This document shows positions 7,487 to 15,721 of a DNA stretch of 64,000 nt, in pieces. The DNA is from a virus, in the IMG/VR virus record IMGVR_UViG_3300031576_000008, positions 1-64,000 of that record, one strand, 5' to 3'. Position 1 is the first letter of the stretch. Each line of letters opens with the position of its first letter. The translations under genes were made by a program, and so were the position numbers. The notes under the pieces are model-generated. The model saw nothing but the letters and a program-made list of their open reading frames with translations. It was not told the DNA's origin and did no database searches.

Positions 7487-7600
7487 TGGAGATGGAGGTC
7501 CCAAAGTGTCGGCTTTCGCCGCCGGTCTTTCTACTGCGATGCCTATCGCGATTCGGCACTGCGCGGGAACAGGCGACCGGACTACCACGACTCCATCTCC
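7487..7600 (-). ncRNA. Unknown structured ncRNA, CCA-ended
   Basis: 10-bp terminal stem GGAGATGGAG/CTCCATCTCC, inner CCGGTC/GACCGG, CGGC-GAAA-GCCG hairpin. Confidence 0.5.
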
Positions 7601-7606
7601 GAAGAT

Positions 7607-7685
7607 TGGCAGCGGTGACGGGACTCGCACCCGCTCTATCTCCTCGTTGACAACGAGGCGGCTCGTCTACTTTGCCATCACCGCT
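7607..7685 (-). tRNA. tRNA-Asp(GUC)
   Basis: Loop TTGTCAA, G73, CCA. Confidence 0.8.
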
Positions 7686-7690
7686 ATAAA

Positions 7691-7765
7691 TGGCAGGTCG
7701 TGCAGGGGTCGAACCCGCGCCTTCCGCTCTGGAGGCGGACGTGCTACCAGTAACACCTACGACCT
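7691..7765 (-). tRNA. tRNA-Trp(CCA)
   Basis: Loop CTCCAGA, G73, CCA. Confidence 0.85.
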
Positions 7766-7768
7766 GAA

Positions 7769-7876
7769 TGGGCCGCACCCTCCCGGATGCAGCCCCTGCA
7801 TCGCCTGCGGATGACGGGTTGTCGGCCGACCTTCAGCGAAGCTGCATGGTCTGCGCCTATCCGTCTTCTCCGGCCC
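7769..7876 (-). ncRNA. Unknown structured ncRNA, CCA-ended
   Basis: GGGCCG/CGGCCC-A terminal stem, GACC..CAGC-TTCG-CTG..GGTC arm, GATGCAG/CTGCATC hairpin. Confidence 0.4.
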
Positions 7877-7954
7877 TCGAACGAATCCTTGGGGATGGTT
7901 ACCCTATGTCCCTCATCGGGCGATTCGATCCTATTGAGGACCTATGGCGAGTAT

Positions 7955-8029
7955 TGGTGCGGGCGACCGGTAACGCTCCGGTTCTTCAACCTTGGGAAAG
8001 TCGCGTGCTAACTTTCACACTCCGCCCGC
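7955..8029 (-). tRNA. tRNA-Gly(CCC), atypical
   Basis: Loop TTCCCAA, T loop AGCGTTA, CCA. Confidence 0.75.
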
Positions 8030-8526
8030 TTGAGCCACTTCTTTACGGCGTTAAAGGATACGCCGAATTCTTTGGCGACATGATTGACGTTGGATTCAGC
8101 CACCATTCGCAGAAGCTCCGTTTTCGACGGGCGGATCGCTTTCCGCTGCCCAAGAGCGGTGCATTTTCTAGAACAGTACTGATTGTATCTACGCCTGATG
8201 ATGGAGAGCTTCCGATGGATTGCGGAACCGCATACTGCGCACTTCACTTCAATGGAGGCATGCCCAAGCTGATGCTGATGATGCATGGAATGCTCTCTAT
8301 TCGTGAGGAGCTTGAGATTTGCCGGACGGTTGTCCCTTTTGTTGTGGTTCTTATGGTGAACCACCTCATCCGGCAGCAAGTGCCTGCCAATCATGTCCTC
8401 CATCACCAGCCGATGTTCGTAGAACTTCTTGCCTTTGTTGTCAAAGTAGAAGAAGTAGCCCTCATTGACGTAAGGGCCACGACCTGCTCTAGACCATTGA
8501 CTACGAATCTTTTCGAGTGCATCCAT
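8008..8526 (-). CDS. HNH homing endonuclease (HNH_3) with C-terminal Zn ribbon and HTH
   Basis: YEHRLVME..VVHHKNHNKRDNRPANL. Confidence 0.9.
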   Translation of the reverse strand: MDALEKIRSQWSRAGRGPYVNEGYFFYFDNKGKKFYEHRLVMEDMIGRHLLPDEVVHHKNHNKRDNRPANLKLLTNREHSMHHQHQLGHASIEVKCAVCGSAIHRKLSIIRRRYNQYCSRKCTALGQRKAIRPSKTELLRMVAESNVNHVAKEFGVSFNAVKKWLKRAECES

Positions 8527-8600
8527 GGACCGGGTAGCGGGAATTGAACCCGCCCTTGAACTGTGGAAAAGTTCCGTGCTTGCCACCACACTCTACCCGG
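8526..8600 (-). tRNA. tRNA-Gly(UCC), atypical
   Basis: Loop TTTCCAC, U73, CCA. Confidence 0.7.
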
Positions 8601-8603
8601 ATA

Positions 8604-8659
8604 ATTGCACCCGCGTCAAGGCTTGGGAAGCCGGCGCACTGCTCTTGTGCTACGGCCGC
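8604..8659 (-). pseudogene. 3'-truncated tRNA-Gly(CCC)
   Basis: 5' acceptor strand, D arm, CTTCCCAA loop and start of T arm, with no 3' acceptor strand. Confidence 0.6.
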
Positions 8660-8812
8660 TAGTTCGTAGAATGGGAGCCGGACCCAAACCGTTCCCGGGT
8701 CTGGGTCCGGCCCGTTGCTCTTTCTCGACCAGCCCGATTGTCAGGGCGGCTGGCGTCTCACCGCCGGCCGCTGCTACTTGGGTGCCCTGCCGGGGCAGTC
8801 CAAGGTCCAACG

Positions 8813-8843
8813 AAAAACCCCGCGTTCTTGCGAGCGCGGGGTT
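8813..8843 (-). terminator. Intrinsic terminator (attenuator) upstream of tRNA array
   Basis: AACCCCGCGCTC-GCAA-GAACGCGGGG-TTTTT. Confidence 0.75.
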
Positions 8844-8867
8844 CTTTTTACTTCTCCGGGTCAGGCG

Positions 8868-9044
8868 CTACATCTTCACCCCGCGCTCGCGCGCCCACCC
8901 GGCCTCTCGATTCACCTGCTTCGTACCTTCGAGGGCCAAGGGGCGGACGATGTACGACGGCAGGTGCGCGAACATATCTGGACTGGAGGCGCTGGGTAGG
9001 CTGCACCTTGTCGCTACTTGGCGGGATGATCTGGACATGATCAC
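8868..9044 (-). CDS. Putative 58-aa attenuator leader peptide
   Basis: GGAGGT RBS 9 nt before GTG. The 3' end carries a 13-nt complement of the terminator 5' strand. Confidence 0.55.
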   Translation of the reverse strand: MIMSRSSRQVATRCSLPSASSPDMFAHLPSYIVRPLALEGTKQVNREAGWARERGVKM

Positions 9045-9071
9045 GGAACGCGCACCTCCGTAAGTAGAACA

Positions 9072-9100
9072 ACCGTAGCTGGTGAAAGGTTCGAAGTCAA
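9072..9100 (-). promoter_or_regulatory. Sigma-70-type promoter of leader/tRNA operon
   Basis: TTGACT-17-TACGGT. Confidence 0.55.
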
Positions 9101-9109
9101 GCAAGAAAT

Positions 9110-9523
9110 TTATTCAAGCTTGAGATTGAGCGCTTCCTTCAGCTGCTCGAGCACTTTCGGCGGGGTCACGTGATGGTATTCGCGACTGTGCTCATCGATG
9201 TTGTCGATCGCCAAGGCAAGCGCATCAGTCTTGGCCTTGATGACCTCCCGGGCGCGCTCAAGCAGCTTCTCGACATGCTTGGCCACCATCGGGCGCGCCA
9301 GCTCCAGATGCTCGGGGCGCACGCAAAGCTTGTTGCCGCAGGTGGCGCTCACGACCGTGCGCGGGGGAATGGGACCCTTGACGATCTCCCATGACGCACG
9401 GCGCGGATAGGTCGATCTTTCGCCCCAGCGAAGCGAACCGTATCCGTTCTTCCCAACGGGGCCGGTCCAGTTCCAGCAGGTATCGGTCTTCTCGACACGC
9501 TTCCAGAATTCGTCGGCATTCAT
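9110..9523 (-). CDS. HNH-endonuclease-like protein (degenerate)
   Basis: FWKRVEKTDTCWNWTG..GYG..CGNKLCVRPEHL. Expected catalytic His absent. Confidence 0.7.
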   Translation of the reverse strand: MNADEFWKRVEKTDTCWNWTGPVGKNGYGSLRWGERSTYPRRASWEIVKGPIPPRTVVSATCGNKLCVRPEHLELARPMVAKHVEKLLERAREVIKAKTDALALAIDNIDEHSREYHHVTPPKVLEQLKEALNLKLE

Positions 9524-9537
9524 GGTTTCTCCCAATG

Positions 9538-9570
9538 AAAAGGCCGGGACAGCAGAACCCTGTCCCGGCC
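9538..9570 (-). terminator. Intrinsic terminator
   Basis: GGCCGGGACAG..CTGTCCCGGCC-TTTT. Confidence 0.65.
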
Positions 9571-9615
9571 ATCCGACTGGCCGCTTGCCCAGCGACCGTC
9601 TCTTACCCGGCTTCA

Positions 9616-10134
9616 TCATGCCTCATCGGGCTTGGGAGTCAAGTCCAAGACCCGGCGGGCCAGCGCGGCCACGAAGCGCCATGTCGGCGGCTCCGTGTCG
9701 CGCCAAGGAGCCGGCACGATAGTCGTGTATCGGGACTTGGCAGTCGGATCAACCTCGACCAGTCCACATTCGATCGGCACGTCCTCGCGCTTGATGATGC
9801 CCGGCGGAGCGGCAAAGTAGTACTCGTTCGACAGCCGGAGCGCCGGCCGGCGCTTGTTGGGCTTCCGGAGCTCACGCTGGAAGTCCTCGCGGCTCACCTT
9901 GATCTCGTAGGACCTCCGGAACATCTTCGACGGATGCGGATGGATGACCCAGAGGTCGATCCATCCCTCCCCGTCCTTGCCGAAGCCGGTGCCGATCCGG
10001 AGATTCGGCAGGAGCAGGCAATGGGCGAATTGGTAGTGGTCGAGCAGGAGGGTCAGGACTTCATTGGAAGTCATGGGCATCTCTTTGGTCGCTGGGGGTG
10101 AATGGTCACTCCCTCCATACGGCTCGCTGTTCAC
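9616..10134 (-). CDS. MmcB-like PD-(D/E)xK nuclease
   Basis: IDLW..YEIKVSREDF..EYYFAAPPGII..CGL. Confidence 0.75.
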   Translation of the reverse strand: MNSEPYGGSDHSPPATKEMPMTSNEVLTLLLDHYQFAHCLLLPNLRIGTGFGKDGEGWIDLWVIHPHPSKMFRRSYEIKVSREDFQRELRKPNKRRPALRLSNEYYFAAPPGIIKREDVPIECGLVEVDPTAKSRYTTIVPAPWRDTEPPTWRFVAALARRVLDLTPKPDEA

Positions 10135-10197
10135 ATACGGTCACTCAGTTAACACGGCTCGCTCGTGCACCTAGGTCACTATAGAACTTCGGCTTGC

Positions 10198-10638
10198 TTA
10201 CCTGCGCTTTTTCGACTCAAGAGGATCGATCACGTCGCCGTAGTCCCACTCCTCGTATTCGTAGCCCTTGCGGATCTGGAGGAGTATCTTGAGGGCCTTG
10301 TCGTCGCCATTTTTGGCGGCTTCATAATACCCGTTCTGCTCCTTGAGGCTGGCGAACTCGCGCTTGGCACGTTCATAGGCAACGGCGTTGTTGCGCCCCG
10401 CCGCCTCAAGGGCCTTCGGGATCTTCCCGTTCTTCACCTCTTCGACGGCCTCCCGAAGCTCCTCGACCTTCTTCTCCTGCCGCTTGACCTCCTTCGTGTC
10501 CTTGATCTCGCCATAGACCTGCCAGCTCTCGTCCAAGCATTCGAACAGCTGGCGCAAAGCGGCCTTCTCCTTCTCGGGCGTCGAGGCATCCCACATCATG
10601 TCATCCTGCTTGCGGTTGCCGTAGATGAGCACCTTCAT
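10198..10638 (-). CDS. Hypothetical protein
   Basis: Operonic ORF with phage-like codon use. Confidence 0.7.
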   Translation of the reverse strand: MKVLIYGNRKQDDMMWDASTPEKEKAALRQLFECLDESWQVYGEIKDTKEVKRQEKKVEELREAVEEVKNGKIPKALEAAGRNNAVAYERAKREFASLKEQNGYYEAAKNGDDKALKILLQIRKGYEYEEWDYGDVIDPLESKKRR

Positions 10639-10844
10639 GCGCGCACCTTCTTCCGCTTTTGTTTCGAAGGCTGGATCGTCACGACGACGGGGACTACCCT
10701 CGTGCCCGCCACGTCTGTAGTGGGTCTAATCCAAGCGCCATCAGCCGCCGCAACTCGGAGCCAGCCGCCAAAGAGAGCGAGATCCCCGCTGGCTTTATCG
10801 ACCACCGCCCATCCGGCAAACTCGATCGGACGCAGCTTCTTCAT
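10635..10844 (-). CDS. Hypothetical protein
   Basis: ATGA-coupled ORF. Confidence 0.55.
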   Translation of the reverse strand: MKKLRPIEFAGWAVVDKASGDLALFGGWLRVAAADGAWIRPTTDVAGTRVVPVVVTIQPSKQKRKKVRA

Positions 10845-11389
10845 TTCTTGTCCTTCTTGAAGATACCCGTGTCGTCCTCCTTGCCGGTCTTGAAGCTCGC
10901 ATCAGTCTTCGAGCTCGTCACGATCGTGATCTCGACCGGCTTGCGGCTTCCGACGAAGACGCTGCCCGGGATCTTCTGGAGCAGGTCGTCGTGCTCGCGC
11001 TTGATGTCGATCAGCTTCTGCTGGTCGCGCTTGAAGACCGTGCGCTGCGCCTCGATCGAATTGGAGACCTTCTCGTAGAGCTTCATGTCGAAGTTCGGGT
11101 TCGACTCCGTGATGAAGCTCAGAAGCGGGTCCTTGCCGCTATAGCGCTTCTCCATGATGTCGCCGTAGATCTTGGCGAAGGCGTCCTTGTGGCCCTCGGC
11201 CACCTCGGCCTGCTGGGAGATGATCTTCCAGCAGGTGTCAAAGGACGTCTCGTTCGCCTTCTGCTGGGCGATCAGCTGATTTCTGAGCCCCACCTCCGCG
11301 TTGCTGTAGTGGGCGTACATCAGGAGCGGGACCATCGCCAGCACCAAGACCGCCACGCACACTCCGCCAAGCACTGCGAACTTGTTCAC
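10841..11389 (-). CDS. Membrane-anchored helical phage protein (LemA-like)
   Basis: N-terminal TM segment, GTG start with GGAGG RBS. Confidence 0.7.
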   Translation of the reverse strand: MNKFAVLGGVCVAVLVLAMVPLLMYAHYSNAEVGLRNQLIAQQKANETSFDTCWKIISQQAEVAEGHKDAFAKIYGDIMEKRYSGKDPLLSFITESNPNFDMKLYEKVSNSIEAQRTVFKRDQQKLIDIKREHDDLLQKIPGSVFVGSRKPVEITIVTSSKTDASFKTGKEDDTGIFKKDKK

Positions 11390-12569
11390 TGATATCCTCC
11401 TTCGTAGGGAATCCTTGATCGGCCCTGACGTCGGGGTCGATGGCGTCATTCATGATCGCCCATGCCGACAACCCGATGCTCACGACAATCGTGAGGATGA
11501 AGACAAGCGCCACCGCCCAGCCGGGCGGATCGACCGAGAGATATGAGAAGTCCTTGAATGGCTTCCGGACCCACTTCTCGGCGACGGCGGGTCCCAGCCA
11601 GTCTGCATACGCGCCCAGATCGAGCTCCTTCTGCCCCATGATCTTCTGGCGCGCTTCGATCTTAAGGATCTCGACTTCGGTCCACGAGAAGACGTAGCAC
11701 CACTGGACTTCATGCGCATCATTCACGCCGATGCAGGTGACGAGCTCGTTCTTGTTGCCTCCCTTCCAATGGGCCTCCTGATCGGCGGCGACCTGCATGG
11801 GCTGGTTCTGCCAGACGAGAACATACATGCGGACCTGCTTGGGACCGCCCAGCTTGGCGTTCCAGTAGGCGAGCTTCATCTCGCCGGCCCCCGTCGTCGG
11901 GCCTGTGCTTCCAAGGACGCACCGCTGGTCATAGTAGCCCGTGATTCCGGGATACTCGAAGACGGCCGTCGTCTTGGGGTCGACGGCCCGGAAGTTGAAG
12001 ACCGAGCGGGACGCCTGAATCCGGTTCTCGTAGGTGTGACTTGTCGTGACAGCTTCGATCTTCTCAGGCTCCCCCTTGTAGTCGCTGACGTAGAGATCGC
12101 CGTCGTCAGTGTGATAGCTGCGACCCAGCTCAACGAAGCTCTTGTTGCCGAACTTGTGGTAGAGCCGATCAAATGTACCGCTATCGACCCCGATCGCCCC
12201 GCAGGTCGTCTGAACCTGCCAGTAGGGCGGATGGTAGTCCACGTCGTAGAGGTGCTCGTAGCCCTTAAAGACCCTGCGTGTGTGCGTCTTGCCGTCGGAA
12301 TCCGTGTACGTCTCGTCCTCGTAGATTGGGTGCCGGCAGGAGACCCGCTCGTTCCAATCCTCGTAGTACTCGGTGCGTGTGACGTAGCCGCCCCAGTACT
12401 CCGTGTCGGCCGTCTGGCAGGTCTCGATGAGCGCCTTGGCGGTGATGATCGCCACGACCGGCGTGACGAGCATGATGAGCATTTCCCACCACGTCACGCT
12501 CCTCTGGAAGCGCCACGCCACGACGATGGCGACGATGATGGGAATGAGCAGCGAAAACCAGATGATCAT
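11238..12569 (-). CDS. Phage membrane protein
   Basis: Two N-terminal TM segments and one C-terminal TM segment. The 3' tail overlaps the next gene. Confidence 0.75.
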   Translation of the reverse strand: MIIWFSLLIPIIVAIVVAWRFQRSVTWWEMLIMLVTPVVAIITAKALIETCQTADTEYWGGYVTRTEYYEDWNERVSCRHPIYEDETYTDSDGKTHTRRVFKGYEHLYDVDYHPPYWQVQTTCGAIGVDSGTFDRLYHKFGNKSFVELGRSYHTDDGDLYVSDYKGEPEKIEAVTTSHTYENRIQASRSVFNFRAVDPKTTAVFEYPGITGYYDQRCVLGSTGPTTGAGEMKLAYWNAKLGGPKQVRMYVLVWQNQPMQVAADQEAHWKGGNKNELVTCIGVNDAHEVQWCYVFSWTEVEILKIEARQKIMGQKELDLGAYADWLGPAVAEKWVRKPFKDFSYLSVDPPGWAVALVFILTIVVSIGLSAWAIMNDAIDPDVRADQGFPTKEDISEQVRSAWRSVRGGLGAGDGPAPDVRPLQQRGGGAQKSADRPAEGERDVL

Positions 12570-12600
12570 GTACTCACCTTAGACCTCGTTCCTTGGTCTC

Positions 12601-12885
12601 TTACGACGTCATCTTGCGAACATGGATGGCCTGCTCGAGCTGGAAGACCTCCGGCAACAGCTTGTCGTAATAGGGTGTCACGGCGGCCCATTCGTCCAGA
12701 CGGGCGATCGCGTCGTAGCCGACGACGCCGCTGGAGCGGTCTCCAGAGCAAAGCTCATGATGGCCGTTGGTGTAGCAGACGTGGATCAGCTCGCGCCTGA
12801 TGAAGCTGCCGGGCCCATGGAAGACATGCCGTTCCTGAACTCCGATGCGCCGCAGGCCCGGGGTCGACTTCTTGTTCTGTTTCAT
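12601..12885 (-). CDS. Hypothetical protein
   Basis: ORF with RBS. Confidence 0.6.
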   Translation of the reverse strand: MKQNKKSTPGLRRIGVQERHVFHGPGSFIRRELIHVCYTNGHHELCSGDRSSGVVGYDAIARLDEWAAVTPYYDKLLPEVFQLEQAIHVRKMTS

Positions 12886-12892
12886 TAGGTCC

Positions 12893-13222
12893 TCACAAAG
12901 CGGTGATCATGGCCTCGAGAAACTGCTCCAGACCGTCCCCGTTGATGGGGCCCGTCAGCCGCTTGATCTCCTTGTTCCTCCGATAGACCACGATCGTCGG
13001 GGCCAGCTCGACCAGCCGCTCATGCGCGACCCCCGGATTCTCGTCCATGAAGATCCGAACGAAGATCACCCGGTCGTCGTACCTGTCGGAGACAAGATCA
13101 GTCTCTCGGCGCATCATCTTGCTCAGCGAATCGTCCGCCATCGTGTATTCCACGAAGACAGGCGATGCGGCTGCATTCAGCACCTTCTGGAGCATCTCAT
13201 CGGTCACGGTTGGAATGTGCAT
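12893..13222 (-). CDS. Thioredoxin-fold protein lacking CxxC
   Basis: PVFVEY..F-x-RI-x-x-DENP..APTIVVY..EIKRLTG pattern with no Cys. Confidence 0.65.
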   Translation of the reverse strand: MHIPTVTDEMLQKVLNAAASPVFVEYTMADDSLSKMMRRETDLVSDRYDDRVIFVRIFMDENPGVAHERLVELAPTIVVYRRNKEIKRLTGPINGDGLEQFLEAMITAL

Positions 13223-13240
13223 GGTCCTCTCTCCTTTCGA

Positions 13241-13825
13241 TTAGCTGTGGATGTCCACAGTGACGATCTTTCCGTCCTCGATGCCCTCCCTCTTGAGGAC
13301 GGGAGCGATCTTGCCGTCGAACTCGGTGGGCTTGAATCCTTGTCCGGGCACGTACTTCTCGACTTCGAGGATACGGACGCGTGACCGGCGCTCGTGCGTG
13401 CCCTTGGGCCCCTTGGGCAGGACCAAGGTGTAGCAGCCCAAGCGGGGCGGGCAATCGATCACATCAATGACGTCGTCGCCGAGCCCGTCTGCCGCATAGC
13501 AATTCCGGTAGACGGGCGGCGTCCCCCGGTACTGCGGGAAGTGCTCTTTCCAAAGAGCCCATGCCGCCTTGCGACGCTCTTCCTCAGGATGCTCTGCGCT
13601 GGTCCAGCCAAGGCCGAGCTTCTCGAATTCCTGCCAGAATTTCTTGAGCCCATCCGAGCTCATCATCGCGAGCGTATGGTCGCCGCTCCAGCGGCCACCG
13701 ATGACATACCAATCCCAGCCAATTGCGGGACGGGCGCTATTCATGGCTTTCTCCACGACTCGACTGACGTTCTCCCATTCCTTGAGATCCTTAGGCGTCA
13801 GGACAACTTCCACGTGATAGTGCAT
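13241..13825 (-). CDS. Conserved phage hypothetical protein
   Basis: WDWYVIGGRWSG..VDIHS motif. Confidence 0.75.
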   Translation of the reverse strand: MHYHVEVVLTPKDLKEWENVSRVVEKAMNSARPAIGWDWYVIGGRWSGDHTLAMMSSDGLKKFWQEFEKLGLGWTSAEHPEEERRKAAWALWKEHFPQYRGTPPVYRNCYAADGLGDDVIDVIDCPPRLGCYTLVLPKGPKGTHERRSRVRILEVEKYVPGQGFKPTEFDGKIAPVLKREGIEDGKIVTVDIHS

Positions 13826-13834
13826 CTTGAATTC

Positions 13835-14047
13835 CTAGAACTTGGCCGCCTTGACAAGCTTCCGTTCGTCAGATCGGTCACAGAGTTTCCCGATCTCCTT
13901 CTCGGCCGCTTTCTTCGTGCGGAATGTGAGAGGCTTCCACTTCTCCTGCCATTCCTCACGGCGGAACCAGCGGCATTCGGTCTTGCCCGTGTAGCGGCCC
14001 CATGTCCAGCCGCGCAGCTTCCGTTGACCGATGATCTTCCACATCAC
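13835..14047 (-). CDS. Hypothetical protein
   Basis: Coupled ORF. Confidence 0.55.
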   Translation of the reverse strand: MMWKIIGQRKLRGWTWGRYTGKTECRWFRREEWQEKWKPLTFRTKKAAEKEIGKLCDRSDERKLVKAAKF

Positions 14048-14688
14048 GCTCTCTCCTTCTTGAACGAGAAGTCCTTCCGCAGCATGGGCCAGCCGTTCAG
14101 GTAGTCGTCGATGGCCGGCCCATACTCCCGGGACTTGCGCTGCAGCTTCCGGAGATAGTCGAGCGGAATCGTCAATCCCAGATAGCTTGCGCCGGCGAGA
14201 TTCTGGTCAATCCGCTCTATGGTCGCCGCCAGACCCGTCCTGATGTCTGTAAGCGATCGCCACGTGGGGTCGATCACCTTGTCATGCCATACCGCCCACG
14301 CGTGCTGGATCGGCAGGATGTCGACCCCGACCGAGAACCCGACCCCTTCGGCATATTGGAAGCCAAGGCGCTCGCCGGCCTCGGCAAGGTGGAAGGCGTT
14401 CATGAAGCAGAGCTTGCCCGGGAATTCCATCTGCGCGGCAAACTTGCGCAGGGCCTTCTTTTCGTCAGCTGTAAGCGGCTCCTGAGAGAAGGTGCCGCCT
14501 TTCGCCAAGATGTAATCGTCCGTCGAGTCATAGGCGTATTCCGCCGGCCGCATTTGCGCGAGCCCGTGCCGCATCAGGGCGAACGCCTCGCACTTGGCGC
14601 GAAGCTGCTTCCGTAGGTCCTCAGACCGCTTAGCTCCATTGACGGTGGTCTTCGGCAACCCATTCATTGCCATCGTATTCCTCGACAT
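14044..14688 (-). CDS. Transglutaminase/papain-like fold protein (putative)
   Basis: CFMNA..YAEG..HAW..VIDPTW (C-H-D). Confidence 0.55.
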   Translation of the reverse strand: MSRNTMAMNGLPKTTVNGAKRSEDLRKQLRAKCEAFALMRHGLAQMRPAEYAYDSTDDYILAKGGTFSQEPLTADEKKALRKFAAQMEFPGKLCFMNAFHLAEAGERLGFQYAEGVGFSVGVDILPIQHAWAVWHDKVIDPTWRSLTDIRTGLAATIERIDQNLAGASYLGLTIPLDYLRKLQRKSREYGPAIDDYLNGWPMLRKDFSFKKERA

Positions 14689-15016
14689 GCCACTTGACGC
14701 CGGCCGGAATCTTAATGATCTTCAGGCTCGAGCAGCCTCCATTGGCCTTCTTGCCGAGCCTCCTCACAACACGCAGAAACAGCGGGTCATTGCGCTTGAT
14801 GCCACTGCAGAAGCTGCCGGTGCCTTCGAGATTGCCCATCGACTGGCGGACGCTGCCATCTTCGTACTTCTCCCCATAATCCGGTTCCTTGAGGGCATCC
14901 GGCTGCTTCAGTTTGCGGAGCGCCAGAAATGCCTTTCGGGAAAGTGAGAAGCCGCCATAGCAGTTGTTGATGACGACTTCAATCACCTTCTTAGGCTTCT
15001 TTTTCTTCTTTATCAT
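14630..15016 (-). CDS. Conserved phage hypothetical protein
   Basis: VVINNCYGGFSLS..RNDP..EEYDGNEW. Confidence 0.75.
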   Translation of the reverse strand: MIKKKKKPKKVIEVVINNCYGGFSLSRKAFLALRKLKQPDALKEPDYGEKYEDGSVRQSMGNLEGTGSFCSGIKRNDPLFLRVVRRLGKKANGGCSSLKIIKIPAGVKWHVEEYDGNEWVAEDHRQWS

Positions 15017-15326
15017 CTCCGTCCTCCCTCTCCGAAATCTCGACGCCTGTCCCAAGAACCAGACCAAGCTCCAGCAGAAGCTTCGCCGCCTTCGAGAGCG
15101 TCAGTCGATAGGACTCGAAATCCGGCAGGAGCCGTAGCACGGCCTCTATGAGCGTATGGCATTCATACTTGCCACTTTCCCACGTCTCCTCACAGTCCGT
15201 CCCGGGTACGCGGATCTCCCAGAAGAAACCGGAGGAATTCTCCTTGGAGAACCGGAACTTGGACAACGGCTTTGGACACCCGCCCGGCGCACAATACGTC
15301 GGATCCTTTTCTCTCTTCCTCTTCAT
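14991..15326 (-). CDS. Hypothetical protein
   Basis: Coupled ORF. Confidence 0.55.
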   Translation of the reverse strand: MKRKREKDPTYCAPGGCPKPLSKFRFSKENSSGFFWEIRVPGTDCEETWESGKYECHTLIEAVLRLLPDFESYRLTLSKAAKLLLELGLVLGTGVEISEREDGDDKEEKEA

Positions 15327-15721
15327 GGGAACTCCCTCTCGAGCTCTCCTTCCCAGAAACAGAACAACCCCTGATCGCCGGACGGCCGTTCGATTCCGTC
15401 ATGATCGATCCACGTGTTCTTGTCGAGAGTGATGAAGAAGCAGAAGCGGCCCTCGACGCAGTCCACATCCTGCACCGTTCCGGTAGTCCCCTTCACCATC
15501 AAGTGCTTGACCGAGAGCCAGCCCCAATTGATCTTCTCGGTGATCTCCGGCGTCCGGGCAAGCCCCACCCGGTCTCCGATCTTGAGCGGGGCGAACCGGC
15601 TGAACAGCGTCTTGGCATAGCCTTCCAGCTTCGTCAGGTCGTACTCGGTCACGAGACTCGACCCGTGCTTCATGTGATGGACCGAGTTCTTCACTTTCTC
15701 GGTCAGCTCCTGATAGGGCAT
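15323..15721 (-). CDS. Hypothetical protein (SH3/KOW-like)
   Basis: LKIGDRV..KGTTGTV. Confidence 0.6.
   Translation of the reverse strand: MPYQELTEKVKNSVHHMKHGSSLVTEYDLTKLEGYAKTLFSRFAPLKIGDRVGLARTPEITEKINWGWLSVKHLMVKGTTGTVQDVDCVEGRFCFFITLDKNTWIDHDGIERPSGDQGLFCFWEGELEREFP

Noticed and set aside
7487-7600. 5S rRNA or SRP RNA
   Set aside because: Only the length and a GCCGAA word resemble 5S. The helix pattern and SRP domain IV motif are absent.
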